A stretch of DNA of 63,410 nucleotides, filler included, from Octopus bimaculoides (taxonomy: Eukaryota): assembly GCF_001194135.2 (NCBI RefSeq). It is 5 parts of 4 records of this genome, joined end to end, with 100 filler letters (N's around TTAATTAATTAA, not from the genome) between each part and the next. Parts side by side here need not be neighbours in the genome. Positions count along the whole stretch, not along the records: positions 45,393 to 59,290 come from NC_068981.1; positions 59,391 to 63,410 come from NC_068987.1; 3 more parts are not named here. One strand, written 5' to 3'. The translations under genes were made by a program, and so were the position numbers. The notes below the pieces were generated by a model. It had not been told where the DNA came from, did not search any database, and was given only the letters and a program-made list of their open reading frames with translations. Shown here one piece after another: positions 52,069 through 63,410 of this stretch. Numbering within the stretch: position 1 is the stretch's first letter; each line of letters begins with the position of its first letter.

Positions 52069-52739
52069 NNNNNNNNNNNNNNNNNNNNNNNNNNNNNNNN
52101 NNNNNNNNNNNNNNNNNNNNNNNNNNNNNNNNNNNNNNNNNNNNNNNNNNNNNNNNNNNNNNNNNNNNNNNNNNNNNNNNNNNNNNNNNNNNNNNNNNNN
52201 NNNNNNNNNNNNNNNNNNNNNNNNNNNNNNNNNNNNNNNNNNNNNNNNNNNNNNNNNNNNNNNNNNNNNNNNNNNNNNNNNNNNNNNNNNNNNNNNNNNN
52301 NNNNNNNNNNNNNNNNNNNNNNNNNNNNNNNNNNNNNNNNNNNNNNNNNNNNNNNNNNNNNNNNNNNNNNNNNNNNNNNNNNNNNNNNNNNNNNNNNNNN
52401 NNNNNNNNNNNNNNNNNNNNNNNNNNNNNNNNNNNNNNNNNNNNNNNNNNNNNNNNNNNNNNNNNNNNNNNNNNNNNNNNNNNNNNNNNNNNNNNNNNNN
52501 NNNNNNNNNNNNNNNNNNNNNNNNNNNNNNNNNNNNNNNNNNNNNNNNNNNNNNNNNNNNNNNNNNNNNNNNNNNNNNNNNNNNNNNNNNNNNNNNNNNN
52601 NNNNNNNNNNNNNNNNNNNNNNNNNNNNNNNNNNNNNNNNNNNNNNNNNNNNNNNNNNNNNNNNNNNNNNNNNNNNNNNNNNNNNNNNNNNNNNNNNNNN
52701 NNNTATATATATTCTTTTATCTATTATCTCTTACAGGTT

Positions 52740-52960
52740 TCAGTCAGAGGCTGAAGCCATGCTGGTGCATCGCCAATACTCAATCCCGGGATTTTTCCAG
52801 TATTGCTCCTGGTGAACTAGTGACTTGGACGTTGCCGCTCTTCGTTGTGCCTCCTTCTGCGATGTGGGTTTATCTGGTATTGCAAATAAAAATCTGTCTA
52901 GACGTTTATTGAAGACTTCCATGCCCACAATTCGCATTTTTGTAGCATCGTGCTAGTCCA
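52740..52960 (-). mobile_element. LINE 3' end fragment (CR1-like)
   Basis: VGMEVFNKRLDRFLFAIPDKPTSQKEAQRRAATSKSLVHQ resembles CR1-type C-terminal F(K)..LD..L..PD.P motifs. Confidence 0.65.
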
Positions 52961-53216
52961 TGCCTTTTTACATGGAATTGCGTAAATGGAAACCGTACAG
53001 AATACTGTCTAGCTGATTGTACATGAAACTCACAAGTTATAGCCTAATTCTAAACACCGTGTCACTCTCATAATATCTTAGAATTAAGTTTAGACGACAT
53101 GTGTGAGTGCAGATTGGACAGCCACTTATGCATTAATTCAAGAGTAGGTTATTCACTTGATCGAACAAATTAATTTCTCATCGTCGAACGACGAAGGCCT
53201 ACCACCAAGTATATAT

Positions 53217-53270
<54 letters not shown>

Positions 53271-53314
53271 ACACACACACNNNNNNNNNNACACACACAC
53301 ACACACACACACAT

Positions 53315-53349
<35 letters not shown>

Positions 53350-53459
53350 AATAATAGAAAATGGGACAATGTACATGCATATATACATATCTATATCTAT
53401 CTATATATATACATAAAATTACACGCGCGTACACACACACACATACATACACGTACATA

Positions 53460-53502
<43 letters not shown>

Positions 53503-54979
53503 GTACATGTTCTCATCAATCAATCATTATGTCATCTGCTCACTCTCCTTAATTCCAACCCACCCTGCTTTTTTTTTGTTGTCTATTTGTATTTCCTTCC
53601 TTCCATCAGTTATCTAGCTATCTTCCCCACCTTTTTTTCTTATTTTGCTACATTTCCTCATTCTATCTCTAGAGATAATTTCTCTCATCGTTTTTTTTTT
53701 TCGTTTTCATTTTCATATAAGCATGTCTTATCTTTTTTCCACCCATTCCCCCTTCTTTTCCCCTGATTTTAACTGTTTCTTTCTCTCTCTCTCTCACTCC
53801 ATTTCTTCCTCTCTCTCTGCCTCTATATCTCCCACCCTCTCTCTCTCTTTTTCTTTCATCTCATATCATTTCTTATCAAACGCTCAGCTGTAGTAATAAT
53901 GCCCTCTCGCTCGAAAACTATTTCTAATAAACCGCCTGAGATTTATTGAAGTCGCTTGTTATCATTAAATGATGCCGATGACGGCGACAACAAAAACAAC
54001 TGCATTACCAACAGCCGCAACATAACGTTTATACAATCAACGTCATGAGTTTTAGTGTATAACACAGAAATATTTTGTAATTACTTCTAGATGAAGTGAA
54101 TAGATTAAATGATGTAACACTTGAACGTCACATTAATTAAATATTTCTGTATGGATTAATATCGTTATAGTTTAGTTCAGTTCAACCCTGATCGAGAAAA
54201 CCTATGATTATAAGATTTTCGGCCATGCTGATCTTGTCTGTTGTTTTGGATTTAATAGAGAACTATATTATGCAATACGTAGTTCTTTTTAAAGAAATCT
54301 GAGGAAGATTTCAGAGCTATTTCTAATAGTTAAGAGGCCACGTAACAACTTCCGTGCCAGCTATCTGTATGTTATATTTTAGATGGCATTTGCAGTTTAT
54401 AGTGTCTCTCTGTTAAAGTGGAGGATGTTGTTGTGTAAGAACAATTTAGCTCTGATCAAGCAGACTTACAATCAAAAGGATTCCTGTCGTGACTCTCCCA
54501 TCTTTATTCAGTCAGGGTGTCTACAAATACATTGCTCATTGTTGTCATTTTTCAAGCCTGTAGAATAAAATTTTAGAGAGATTTGGGATGTATTCCTTCC
54601 AAAGACACCATGCAAAATTTATATGTAGCTAACAAGTGAGATATTAAATCTAAGATGTGTAATAGAATAAAAAGAAAAAATACATGGGCAACACGTATTC
54701 TCAGAGTTACCAGTGAGAATATTAAGAAAATTTTTAATCGAAGCCTAATCACAACCTCAACATTCCGAAACTCTGTCGTTACTCCCCCAACGTTATATAT
54801 GAGAGGATGCAAGCGTAATGGTTTCTAATTTAGTCCAAAAATGCTATAAAAACATGGTTGATTAAAAAGTATTCCGTCAACCAGAATAATCGACGAAAGT
54901 TATATTTTCAAGTTAAGCGTCTCAACAGGATGAATCCTAAATCTTGGAAAATCATTGTTGTAGCAGTCTTTTTGCACGT

Positions 54980-55232
54980 GAAAGCGCATGGCTTAGTGGT
55001 TAGGGTGTTGCACTCATGATCGTAAAATTTTGATTTCGATTCCTGGACCGGGTAACGCGTTGTGTTCTTGAGTAAGACACTTCATTTCACGTTGTTCCAG
55101 TCCCCACAGCCTGCAAAAATGAGTAATCTTGTGACGGACCAGTGACCCGTTCAGGTGGGGAATATATATACCATGGAAACCAGGAAGCCAGCCCTTATGA
55201 GTCAGCATGACTCGAGAAGGTAATTTTACCTT
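54980..55232 (+). mobile_element. tRNA-derived SINE family C, full length
   Basis: A-box-like TGGCTTAGTGG and B-box-like ATTTCGATTCC; body shared with 51113-51310. Confidence 0.85.
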
Positions 55233-56792
55233 TACCTATTTAGTCGTTCCGATCGACGCCATGTAGTTTAGATCAAATCTATGATAAAAGTTTTTCCGTC
55301 TTGTCTACTTTCAAACTGCATTATTCACTATCCTCCCATTCATTTATTATAATGAATAGTTGCAGTATAGTGAATATGACGAACATTTGGATGCATTTCT
55401 AACAACTTCATGGATCGGCGGCATTGTTCTCCGGTAGTAAACTTTAGTTAGGAGCTACAAGCTGTTCATAACCATTATGGAAGAAAGTAAGCGAAGAAAT
55501 ATGATTTGACTAGAAAGAGAATCAACATTCGATGCGAGTATGACTGTTTTGTTAAGACAATCACTTTGAAGCAGCATCTCTCCTGTCAGGATTCTACTGC
55601 CTGGCGGTATCTTGCATGTCTTCATATTCAAGGTGAATATGGTACTTAAGTTTAGGCACCAGAATTAAGTATGGTATTATCCATACAATTTCAAAATAAG
55701 CTGATTAAAATATCAAAATAAGCAACAAGGATATCCAAAGTTAATGCAGTACGATCGTTTCATGCGACTCCATTTATTTAAGCAATCTGAACATTACATC
55801 AAATGTAAAATGCAGACCAATCGTCAGCCACACAAAGATATAGAAATTTACTGAAATTTCATTTCAACAGAAGGACATATTTTTATAACTACATTTAAAC
55901 TTTCCAAGTAGAAAGGAAGAATACAAAAAAACATTTTGACTTAGCCAGACCATACAGGCTAGTAAATAATTCTAAGCAGATTTTTAACAGTTAAAAATCT
56001 GCTAAATACCCTAACAAAACGTAGAAAAATCAATTATTTTTCTTGTATTCGTTGCATTATAATTTCTACGGATATATATGTTTCCTGTTAAGTTTTAGCC
56101 AACGGATATTAGAATATTAATGCGTCATATTTTTCCTTGGAATTTAATTTTAAAAATTGTTGATAGGCTTAGCTAAAGTGTTTTACAGGTATTCATTTTA
56201 CGAATTGCTTAACGTTTAAATTTAATGCTATAAACTTGAAAACATCACTACCACCCATCTATTTCTCCCCTCTCCTTTCAGGTAATCATGTGGAAGCGTT
56301 ACGGACGCACTAAGTAAAGGAGGAACAAGCAGAATTATAAGATACTGTGAAATAAGCAGTAGCGATCACTGATTGAGATGTGAACTGAAAAAAGGGAGTA
56401 TGATTTATTAGTATTTGGCTAATTGATTTAGGTGCCTGTTTTGTTGACAAGCAGAGACAGACTGTCGCTTCCTCTCTCGATTCTCTTACACTTGACTCAG
56501 CGAACAATAGAGAGTGTGACATCTGAAAGGAGAAATGGCTGCTCCTACACTCGGTTGATATACTTCTCATCTGCGTAGACTGGAGTACAGTAAAATAAAC
56601 TGCTTCCGTGCAGGAAGCGAACCCCCGATCTTCTGATCGATCACCCAACACCTCTAACAATTATATGAAGCTCCTTCACACAGCAATGCAAAGTACATAT
56701 TAGTAATCATTCGTAACAATTGTGACAAACATACTCACTAACAAGCAACTCCATGTTACAGAAAAGTATTTTTGTATAATTCATACCGCTAG

Positions 56793-56849
<57 letters not shown>

Positions 56850-58257
56850 TGTGTGTGCGTGCGTGCGTGAGTGCGTGTGTGTGTGTGAATGTGTGTGTGC
56901 GTATGTGTTTGAGAGCATGTATGCAGGACCTTTATTTTGAAGAAGTCGTCTGATAGTTTAGCTGTTATACGTCTCTTAGGGGTATTAATGATGTTAGCGG
57001 AGTGGTCTGATTTCAATTAGGAACAGAAAGTCTGCCATGCTATTCACTGTAGCTCTCTTCATTTTAGACGAAATATTAAATTCTCACCTTCTCACGAGGC
57101 CAGAAATTTTGTTAAGTGGGAATATTGACTTTTTTTAATCGATTCCCCCCAGTTGATTGATACTTATTTAATCAACATCGGAGACAAGCAGTCTCAATCT
57201 GGATTTGAACTAAGGATGCACAGCGACAATATTAGAAACAGTAATTTAGTTTAACATGTTACCGCTTGTGTAACTCATTACGTCAGCTCTGGAGTCGATT
57301 AGAAGCCAACGAATCATTGAATGAGGCGTAGTTGATTGAATCAAACATTGCGCAATATTTTATGGTCAATGGAAATATGAATTTCAAAGTCAGTCGTAAT
57401 GGGATTTGAATTCAGTTGAGAAAAGTATCAAAGAAAATAACTGTTAATAATCGAGTGCATTATTACTTCTGTAACCTATTAGTCACACACCCACCACCAC
57501 TATTGGAGGAGAATAAAAGCCATAGTTTATGTTAAGCACGACAATGACGTATGCAGTGTAAAATGGAGGACCAACAGACGGATGTGAGCAAATGTGAAGA
57601 TATACTGGTGAAAAGTTTCATTCGTTTGTAGAACAAAATAAAGATAATGTGTTTGGGGCTTGAAGCAGTTACGGATATTCAGAATTATTGAAACTCATCA
57701 CAACCCAAATGCACTCCTTTTTTTTTTTTTTACCAAATCTTCCCATACTCATATTTTCAATATTACAAATAAATCAATAAACAATATTTATTCATTATNN
57801 NNNNNNNNNNNNNNNNNNNNNNNNNNNNNNNNNNNNNNNNNNNNNNNNNNNNNNNNNNNNNNNNNNNNNNNNNNNNNNNNNNNNNNNNNNNNNNNNNNNN
57901 NNNNNNNNNNNNNNNNNNNNNNNNNNNNNNNNNNNNNNNNNNNNNNNNNNNNNNNNNNNNNNNNNNNNNNNNNNNNNNNNNNNNNNNNNNNNNNNNNNNN
58001 NNNNNNNNNNNNNNNNNNNNNNNNNNNNNNNNNNNNNNNNNNNNNNNNNNNNNNNNNNNNNNNNNNNNNNNNNNNNNNNNNNNNNNNNNNNNNNNNNNNN
58101 NNNNNNNNNNNNNNNNNNNNNNNNNNNNNNNNNNNNNNNNNNNNNNNNNNNNNNNNNNNNNNNNNNNNNNNNNNNNNNNNNNNNNNNNNNNNNNNNNNNN
58201 NNNNNNNNNNNNNNNNNNNNNNNNNNNNNNNNNNNNNNNNNNNNNNNNNNNNNNNNN

Positions 58258-58299
<42 letters not shown>

Positions 58300-58452
58300 T
58301 CTTCTCTGGTTATATTGCACGGAGTTTTGTTTGCTGCTTTCATTTATTTACTCAATATTCGTTTTGCACCCGTTTTTCTTCTGTCTTCTGTTGAAATCTC
58401 CCAGAGTTCCAGAGTTCCCATAAATAGCGGTAATGTGCGCATGAAAGAGAAA

Positions 58453-58510
58453 CGATAACCTGACTTGAGATCAGACGTTCACCAACGTCTGATCTCAAGT
58501 CACGTTATCG
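58453..58510. repeat. Near-perfect 27-bp hairpin with 4-nt loop
   Basis: CGATAACCTGACTTGAGATCAGACGTT-CACC-AACGTCTGATCTCAAGTCACGTTATCG, one mismatch. Confidence 0.95.
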
Positions 58511-59101
58511 CGTTCACCAACACTACATCGTTAATACTAACATATGGAAATATAGTTGCAGAGAATGATTACTTTCCCTCCCTGCCTTACTGAAATAGTC
58601 CGAAACCCCCTCAGTTTCATACCCTCCCAGATTGACTAAGTGAAGTAAATGCGTCCATGCTCATACGCGACTCGGTAAATATTATGATCATTGTTCCATC
58701 AAACGTGGCACAATTTCAGATATGTATGTTCTTCACACACACACTCAGACACACATATGTACGCATATATTTATGCATATAAGCACACACATAGACATGC
58801 ATATATATATATATATATATATATATAAATGTGGTGTGTGTGTGTGTGCGTGTGAGTATGAGAGAAAAAGAACGGGAGAGAGAGGGGGATAGAGAGGAAG
58901 TACGGGACAGAGAGACTGTAATACATCAACAAGTGCTTGTGTGACACCACTAAAAGTTATACAATCATACAATATAAGCCATGAAATATATTTAGGTTCG
59001 TCCAAATACGATTATATAGGCATATGAGTGTGTGTATGTGTATGTATGTATGCATATATGTACATATGTATGTAATTATGTCTGTATGTATGCATGTACG
59101 C

Positions 59102-59138
<37 letters not shown>

Positions 59139-59984
59139 TACACACTGACATTCGCGTGCATAGGCACAAACATATATAGATATACATATTTATATACATA
59201 CATATATATATATATATATGTTTATACATACACAGATACATACATACACATATATACACACATATATATATATGTATATATATATATATANNNNNNNNNN
59301 NNNNNNNNNNNNNNNNNNNNNNNNNNNNNNNNNNTTAATTAATTAANNNNNNNNNNNNNNNNNNNNNNNNNNNNNNNNNNNNNNNNNNNNATTTCTACTG
59401 TAGAATAGATATATTTCTTTAATACCTTGACCTTAATTCCCTTACCTTAAATTTTTTTCCAAATTCTTACCACTCCTTAGGGTATTACTCTTCCATTTCC
59501 TTTTTTTTCTTTTCCTCATGCTTGATTTACCCCTAACCTGCTGTCTACCACTACTTAACCTACTTTCCTCTATATTTGAAAAAACTACTATCCCTCCAAT
59601 TAGATTTTAAATTCTTGTTTGATTCACTTGTCTGTGGAACAGCAGCATAATCGAGATGATATGTTTTCTTCTCTTACTCTTGTTTTTTGCAAACATCCTC
59701 AAAATAACTTTCTAAAATGAAATTCCATTATGCAGCTGAGGAGTACATTTTCATCGTACATTCTGTGGTGTTCTCACCGCATGAATAAATGGAGCTTGTA
59801 CGAAACGTACGTAATGCTATAACCTATTGAATTTTTGTTGCTTATCTTCAAATTTTTATTCACCAAATCTCTTGATTTTGGTTTTGGTTTTTATCTTACC
59901 AAATTCTGGTGCCTCAAACATTTTAAGTACATTTAATCTTTTGATTAAATCTATATTATTATTATTATATATATATATATATAT

Positions 59985-60660
59985 AGGGGAGACGTCACAA
60001 AAAACAAATGACGAAGACAGGTGGTATAGACAACAAATAGATGTATTAGCTTAACGCTCGAGAAGTGAAAAAGTCTTTAACGTTTAGAGCCTACGCTCTT
60101 CCCCAGAAAGGAAGACAGAAAGAAACATATAATAAAGAATGTGTAGTGGCTAGCGATCTATCATGGCGAATGCCGGACAGAGGAGTCACACAGGAGAACT
60201 AGGAAGAAGGGGAGATAATAAAGTAGTTGTGATGCCAAAATGAAAGTGTGAGTGCGTGTGTATAAGAGAGCATGTATGTGCGTGTGGAAGAGGGCTGGTG
60301 ACCTTGACGTGTGCGTGTATGCATGTGTAGGTGTGTGGATGATGGTGTGGGTGCTGGGAAGTGGTCAGTGCTAGTGTGTGCGTGGTGGTGTGATGTGATA
60401 TAGTGTTCTGTGGTATGGTGGCGTGCGGTGTGATGGTGTGTGGTGTGGTGGTGTTGGGATTGGGGGATGCGTGAGTAGGGAAAGCAAGGGTGGGGTGTGA
60501 TTTAGGCGGAGGGAGGAGTAGAGGTGAAGCATGTGGGAGTGGGTGTAAGGGATGGGATGGAGTGGGATGGATAGAGAAGGTGGAGTTGGATTGTGTAGGA
60601 GTGGGGTTACGAGGGAGGGATGACGAGGAAGGGAGAGGGGGAAGGGAGAAGGTGGGTAGG
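59985..60660 (-). mobile_element. Penelope-like terminus plus low-complexity (CA/CT-rich on minus strand) tract
   Basis: Starts after (TA)n. Contains a hammerhead-like relic at 60075-60110 and has a paralog at 32395-32530. Confidence 0.5.
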
Positions 60661-60661
60661 A

Positions 60662-60775
60662 GGTAGGAGTGAAGAGAGGAGGTAGGAGTGAAGAGAGAAG
60701 GTAGGAGTGAAGAGAGGATGTAGGAGTGAAGAGAGGAGGTAGGAGTGAAGAGAGGAGGTAGGAGTGAAGAGAAGA
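60662..60775 (+). repeat. 19-bp minisatellite, 6 units
   Basis: (GGTAGGAGTGAAGAGAGGA)x6 with 1-2 substitutions in some units. Confidence 0.95.
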
Positions 60776-60780
60776 CACCT

Positions 60781-62658
60781 CCAAATTCTCCAAATGTGTT
60801 TTGTTATGATTGTGGAGAATACACATCACCTGAAAATCGAAAAAAACATCAATGATTTTGTTGAAAGAGCGTATATGGGATATTTTGGGGTGAAGCAGGG
60901 AGACCAAGATATTATCTTACACCGCATTGGGTCTGCAAACAATGTACAGAACATTTGCGACAATGGATTAAAGAGACAAGGAAAAGTATGTGGTTTGTAT
61001 TTGCTAATAGATAGGTTCCATACAGTGAAGAGCTTCCTGTTCCTCTCTTCAATGTCTTACCTCTGATAACTTTACACGCAATCAAAGAAGATTCATCACC
61101 TGAAGAAGACACTAGAGATCAAGACTTTTCAGTTCAGACTTTACCTCAGCTATTCTCCCAGGTAAAGTTGAATGATCTAGTTCGTGACTTGAACTTCCAA
61201 AAAAAAATTCTGCAGAACTGTTGGCTTCTCGACTGAAAGAGAAGTATCTTCAAGAGAATGGTATCCGTATAACATTTTATCGGGGTCGACATGATGAGTT
61301 CCTTTCTTTTTTCACAAAAGAAGAAGAAGAGCCGGTTTACTGCAGAGATGTCAGTGGACTTCTTAATAAACTTGGCATTGAACAATACAAATCAGAGGAA
61401 TGGCGTCTTTTAATAGACAGCTCTAAGCCTAGTTTAAAATGTGCATTGTTGCACAACAGAAATGTGTATGGGTCTGTCCCACTCCTCGGCCACTCAACAA
61501 CTCTGAAGGAAAAATTTGAAGAAATTAAGTTGGTTTTAGAGAAGATATTGTATCATGATCATAAATGGACCATCTGCGTTGACTTAAAGATGGTGAATTT
61601 TCTCATGGGACAGCAATCTGGTTATACAAAATACCCATGCTTTCTTTGCATGTGGGACAGTAGGGACCAAGGAAACCACTATGTTAAGAAAGACTGGCCG
61701 CCTCCATGTAGAGTTGTCAATATATTGGAAGAACCTTTATTTGAGCGAGACAAAATCATTTTCCCCCCTTTGCACATCAAACTCGGGTTGATCAAGCAAT
61801 TCGTCAAAGTTCTTGACAAAATTGGGGAGTGCTTCAAGTATATCTGCCGTATATTTCCAGACGTGACGATTGAAAAACTTAAAGCAGGGATTTTTGATGG
61901 ACCACAAATCCGTAAGCTCTTGAAGGACGCAAATTTCGTGAATGAAAGGATCAAAAGTAATGAACATNNNNNNNNNNAAGGACGCAAATTTCGTGAATGA
62001 AAGGATCAAAAGTAATGAACATAAATGAAGCAACAGATTGGCAATCTTTTGCAGAAATAGTGCAAAATTTCCTGAAGAAACACAAAATTGAAAACTATAA
62101 AGACCTTGTTACCAACTTGATAACAACTTTTCGTGAGATTGGTGCGAATATGAGCATCAAAATGCATTATCATTTTAGTCATCTTGATTGTTTTTCTGAA
62201 AATCTCGGAGATGTTAGCGATGAACAAGGTGAACGATTCCATCAGGACATCAAGGAGATGGAAACTCGGTACCAAGGACGTTGCGATGCTGTGATGATGA
62301 TGTTTAAAATGAGATACTCCTGTTGCTCAACATTCACAGTGTACAAAGAAACTCAAATTTTATTCTTTGAAATTTCTGCATCTTCAATTTTTAATTTTTA
62401 TTTGTAGTTCGTTTTATTTTGTGTTACGCTCTCTTTATTGATTCATACTATATATTGATATACTAAATATATCAATATACTTTATTGATTCATACTATAT
62501 AATGTATGAATAAAATACTTATTCTTTCAGGTTTAGTCAGAAAACTAGACCTGATACAGAAAAACTGAAGTTATTTTTGAATTCAGCAGGCAAAATCATT
62601 TAAGAATTCATTGAGATATTCCAGGGATCAGACAAAAATTTTTTGTTGTTGCCCAGCG
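60781..62658 (+). mobile_element. Chapaev3-type (CMC) DNA transposon, transposase pseudogene with 3' end
   Basis: PNSPNVFCYDCGEY...YFGVKQGDQD; LFSQ..LNDLVRDL..SAELLASRLKEK; WRLLIDSSKPSLKCALLHN; ICVDLKMV..LMGQQSGYTKYPCFLCMWDSR; PPLHIKLGLIKQFVK; GIFDGPQIR; HLDCFSENLGDVSDEQGERFHQDI. The 3' end TTTGTTGTTGCCCAGCG resembles a degenerate CAC-type TIR. Frameshifts and deletions. Family name is from recall of motifs. Confidence 0.8.
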
Positions 62659-62895
62659 TTATATTTCTCAATGTATATTTTGCACATTACGCAGCTTATT
62701 ATTTATGTGCGTCATAATTATATATATATATGTATATATACACTATGCATGTATGTATTATATATACATGTGTGTGTGNNNNNNNNNNNNNNNNNNNNNN
62801 NNNNNNNNNNNNNNNNNNNNNNNNNNGGGGGGGGGGGGGTATGTGTATACATAAACATATATCTGTATATACATACATATAATCACATTTCTATA

Positions 62896-63015
62896 TGCGA
62901 GGGTGGACTGAAAAGTTTATAGGCTGACTACGAAGGAGTAATGCTTGAGCTGTGAAATCTTCCACGCATTAATTTCAACTCTTCTTATTTATAACTGCAT
63001 TGTTTCTGTCCGGGA
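62896..63015 (+). mobile_element. mariner-type TIR / MITE end
   Basis: TGCGAGGGTGGACTGAAAAGTTTATAGGCTGAC resembles TACGAGGG..CTGAAAAGTTC mariner TIRs and the end at 50440. Confidence 0.55.
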
Positions 63016-63168
63016 AAACTGATTTCTGACTGACTTTATTATTATCACATTACCCTCTGTGCGTGCGTGTTTATAGTTGGTACTACTGTAGTCACATGAT
63101 CGAAGTCTGAGCTTGATCACGCCATTTTTTTCTTTCTGGCTTTACGGATATATATAGTCTGTCATACC

Positions 63169-63208
63169 GGCCATGACGAAGGGAAATAGCCCTGAAACTC
63201 GAGTCGCC
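63169..63208 (+). ncRNA. Minimal type I hammerhead ribozyme-like motif (one core insertion)
   Basis: GGC-C[A]TGACGA-AGGG-AAATAG-CCCT-GAAAC-TCGA-GTC-GCC: stem I GGC/GCC, stem II AGGG/CCCT, palindromic stem III ACTCGAGT, GUC cleavage triplet. Confidence 0.65.
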
Positions 63209-63410
63209 TTTATATATTTATATTTATATATTTATATATTTGATCCTTTATACTGGACACTCAATATTTCATCTACATTCAATACTTTCTTTCATGGTGC
63301 CATCCATTTTTATTTTATTTTATTTTATATTGTATATCGTATATTATATTATATATTGTATATTCCATATTCTATACCCCACATTAGTTCTGCAGGAATA
63401 TAAATAAAAC

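Noticed and set aside
54985-55055. tRNA-like segments here and at SINE heads (e.g. 56600-56675)
   Set aside because: They continue into SINE bodies and lack full cloverleaf pairing; not tRNA genes.
5152-59342. Long ORFs in the track (e.g. 5152-6096, 43244-44350, 43479-44702, 51917-52912, 57660-58394)
   Set aside because: They are open only because of N runs or (CA)/(TA)/(GA)/(TAA) microsatellites and have no protein-like content.
60662-60775. Regular repeats considered as a CRISPR-like array
   Set aside because: Contiguous 19-mers with no spacers, eukaryotic context, no cas genes.
61921-62023. Apparent 45-47 bp direct repeat flanking a 10-N gap in the transposase
   Set aside because: Identical sequence on both sides of a minimal gap indicates overlapping contig ends, not a biological duplication or TSD.

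Overview
AT-rich, microsatellite- and gap-laden animal genomic DNA. The repeat families look cephalopod, probably Octopus; this is an inference from recalled repeat consensus, not a database hit. The only host gene I can support is the 3' end of a glypican (GPC3/5/Dally-like) on the minus strand: three spliceable, phase-compatible exons at 36370-36265, 34061-33914 and 31523-31324, with Ser-Gly heparan-sulfate sites and a GPI-type tail. Its upstream exons were not found. The rest is decayed mobile DNA: more than 25 tRNA-derived SINE copies, RTE, CR1-like and R4/Dong LINE fragments, Penelope-like termini carrying degenerate minimal hammerhead-ribozyme motifs, Tc1/mariner pieces, a hAT end and a Chapaev3-type transposase pseudogene. 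Almost all entries in the ORF track are spurious read-throughs of microsatellites or N gaps. Four N44-TTAATTAATTAA-N44 blocks are artificial scaffold linkers. I see no unambiguous new biological system. The best leads are the three hammerhead-like motifs, the RNA-duplex-forming structures around the glypican transcript, a CpG-poor domain matching the gene contig, and the stacked TAA-targeting R4/Dong elements.
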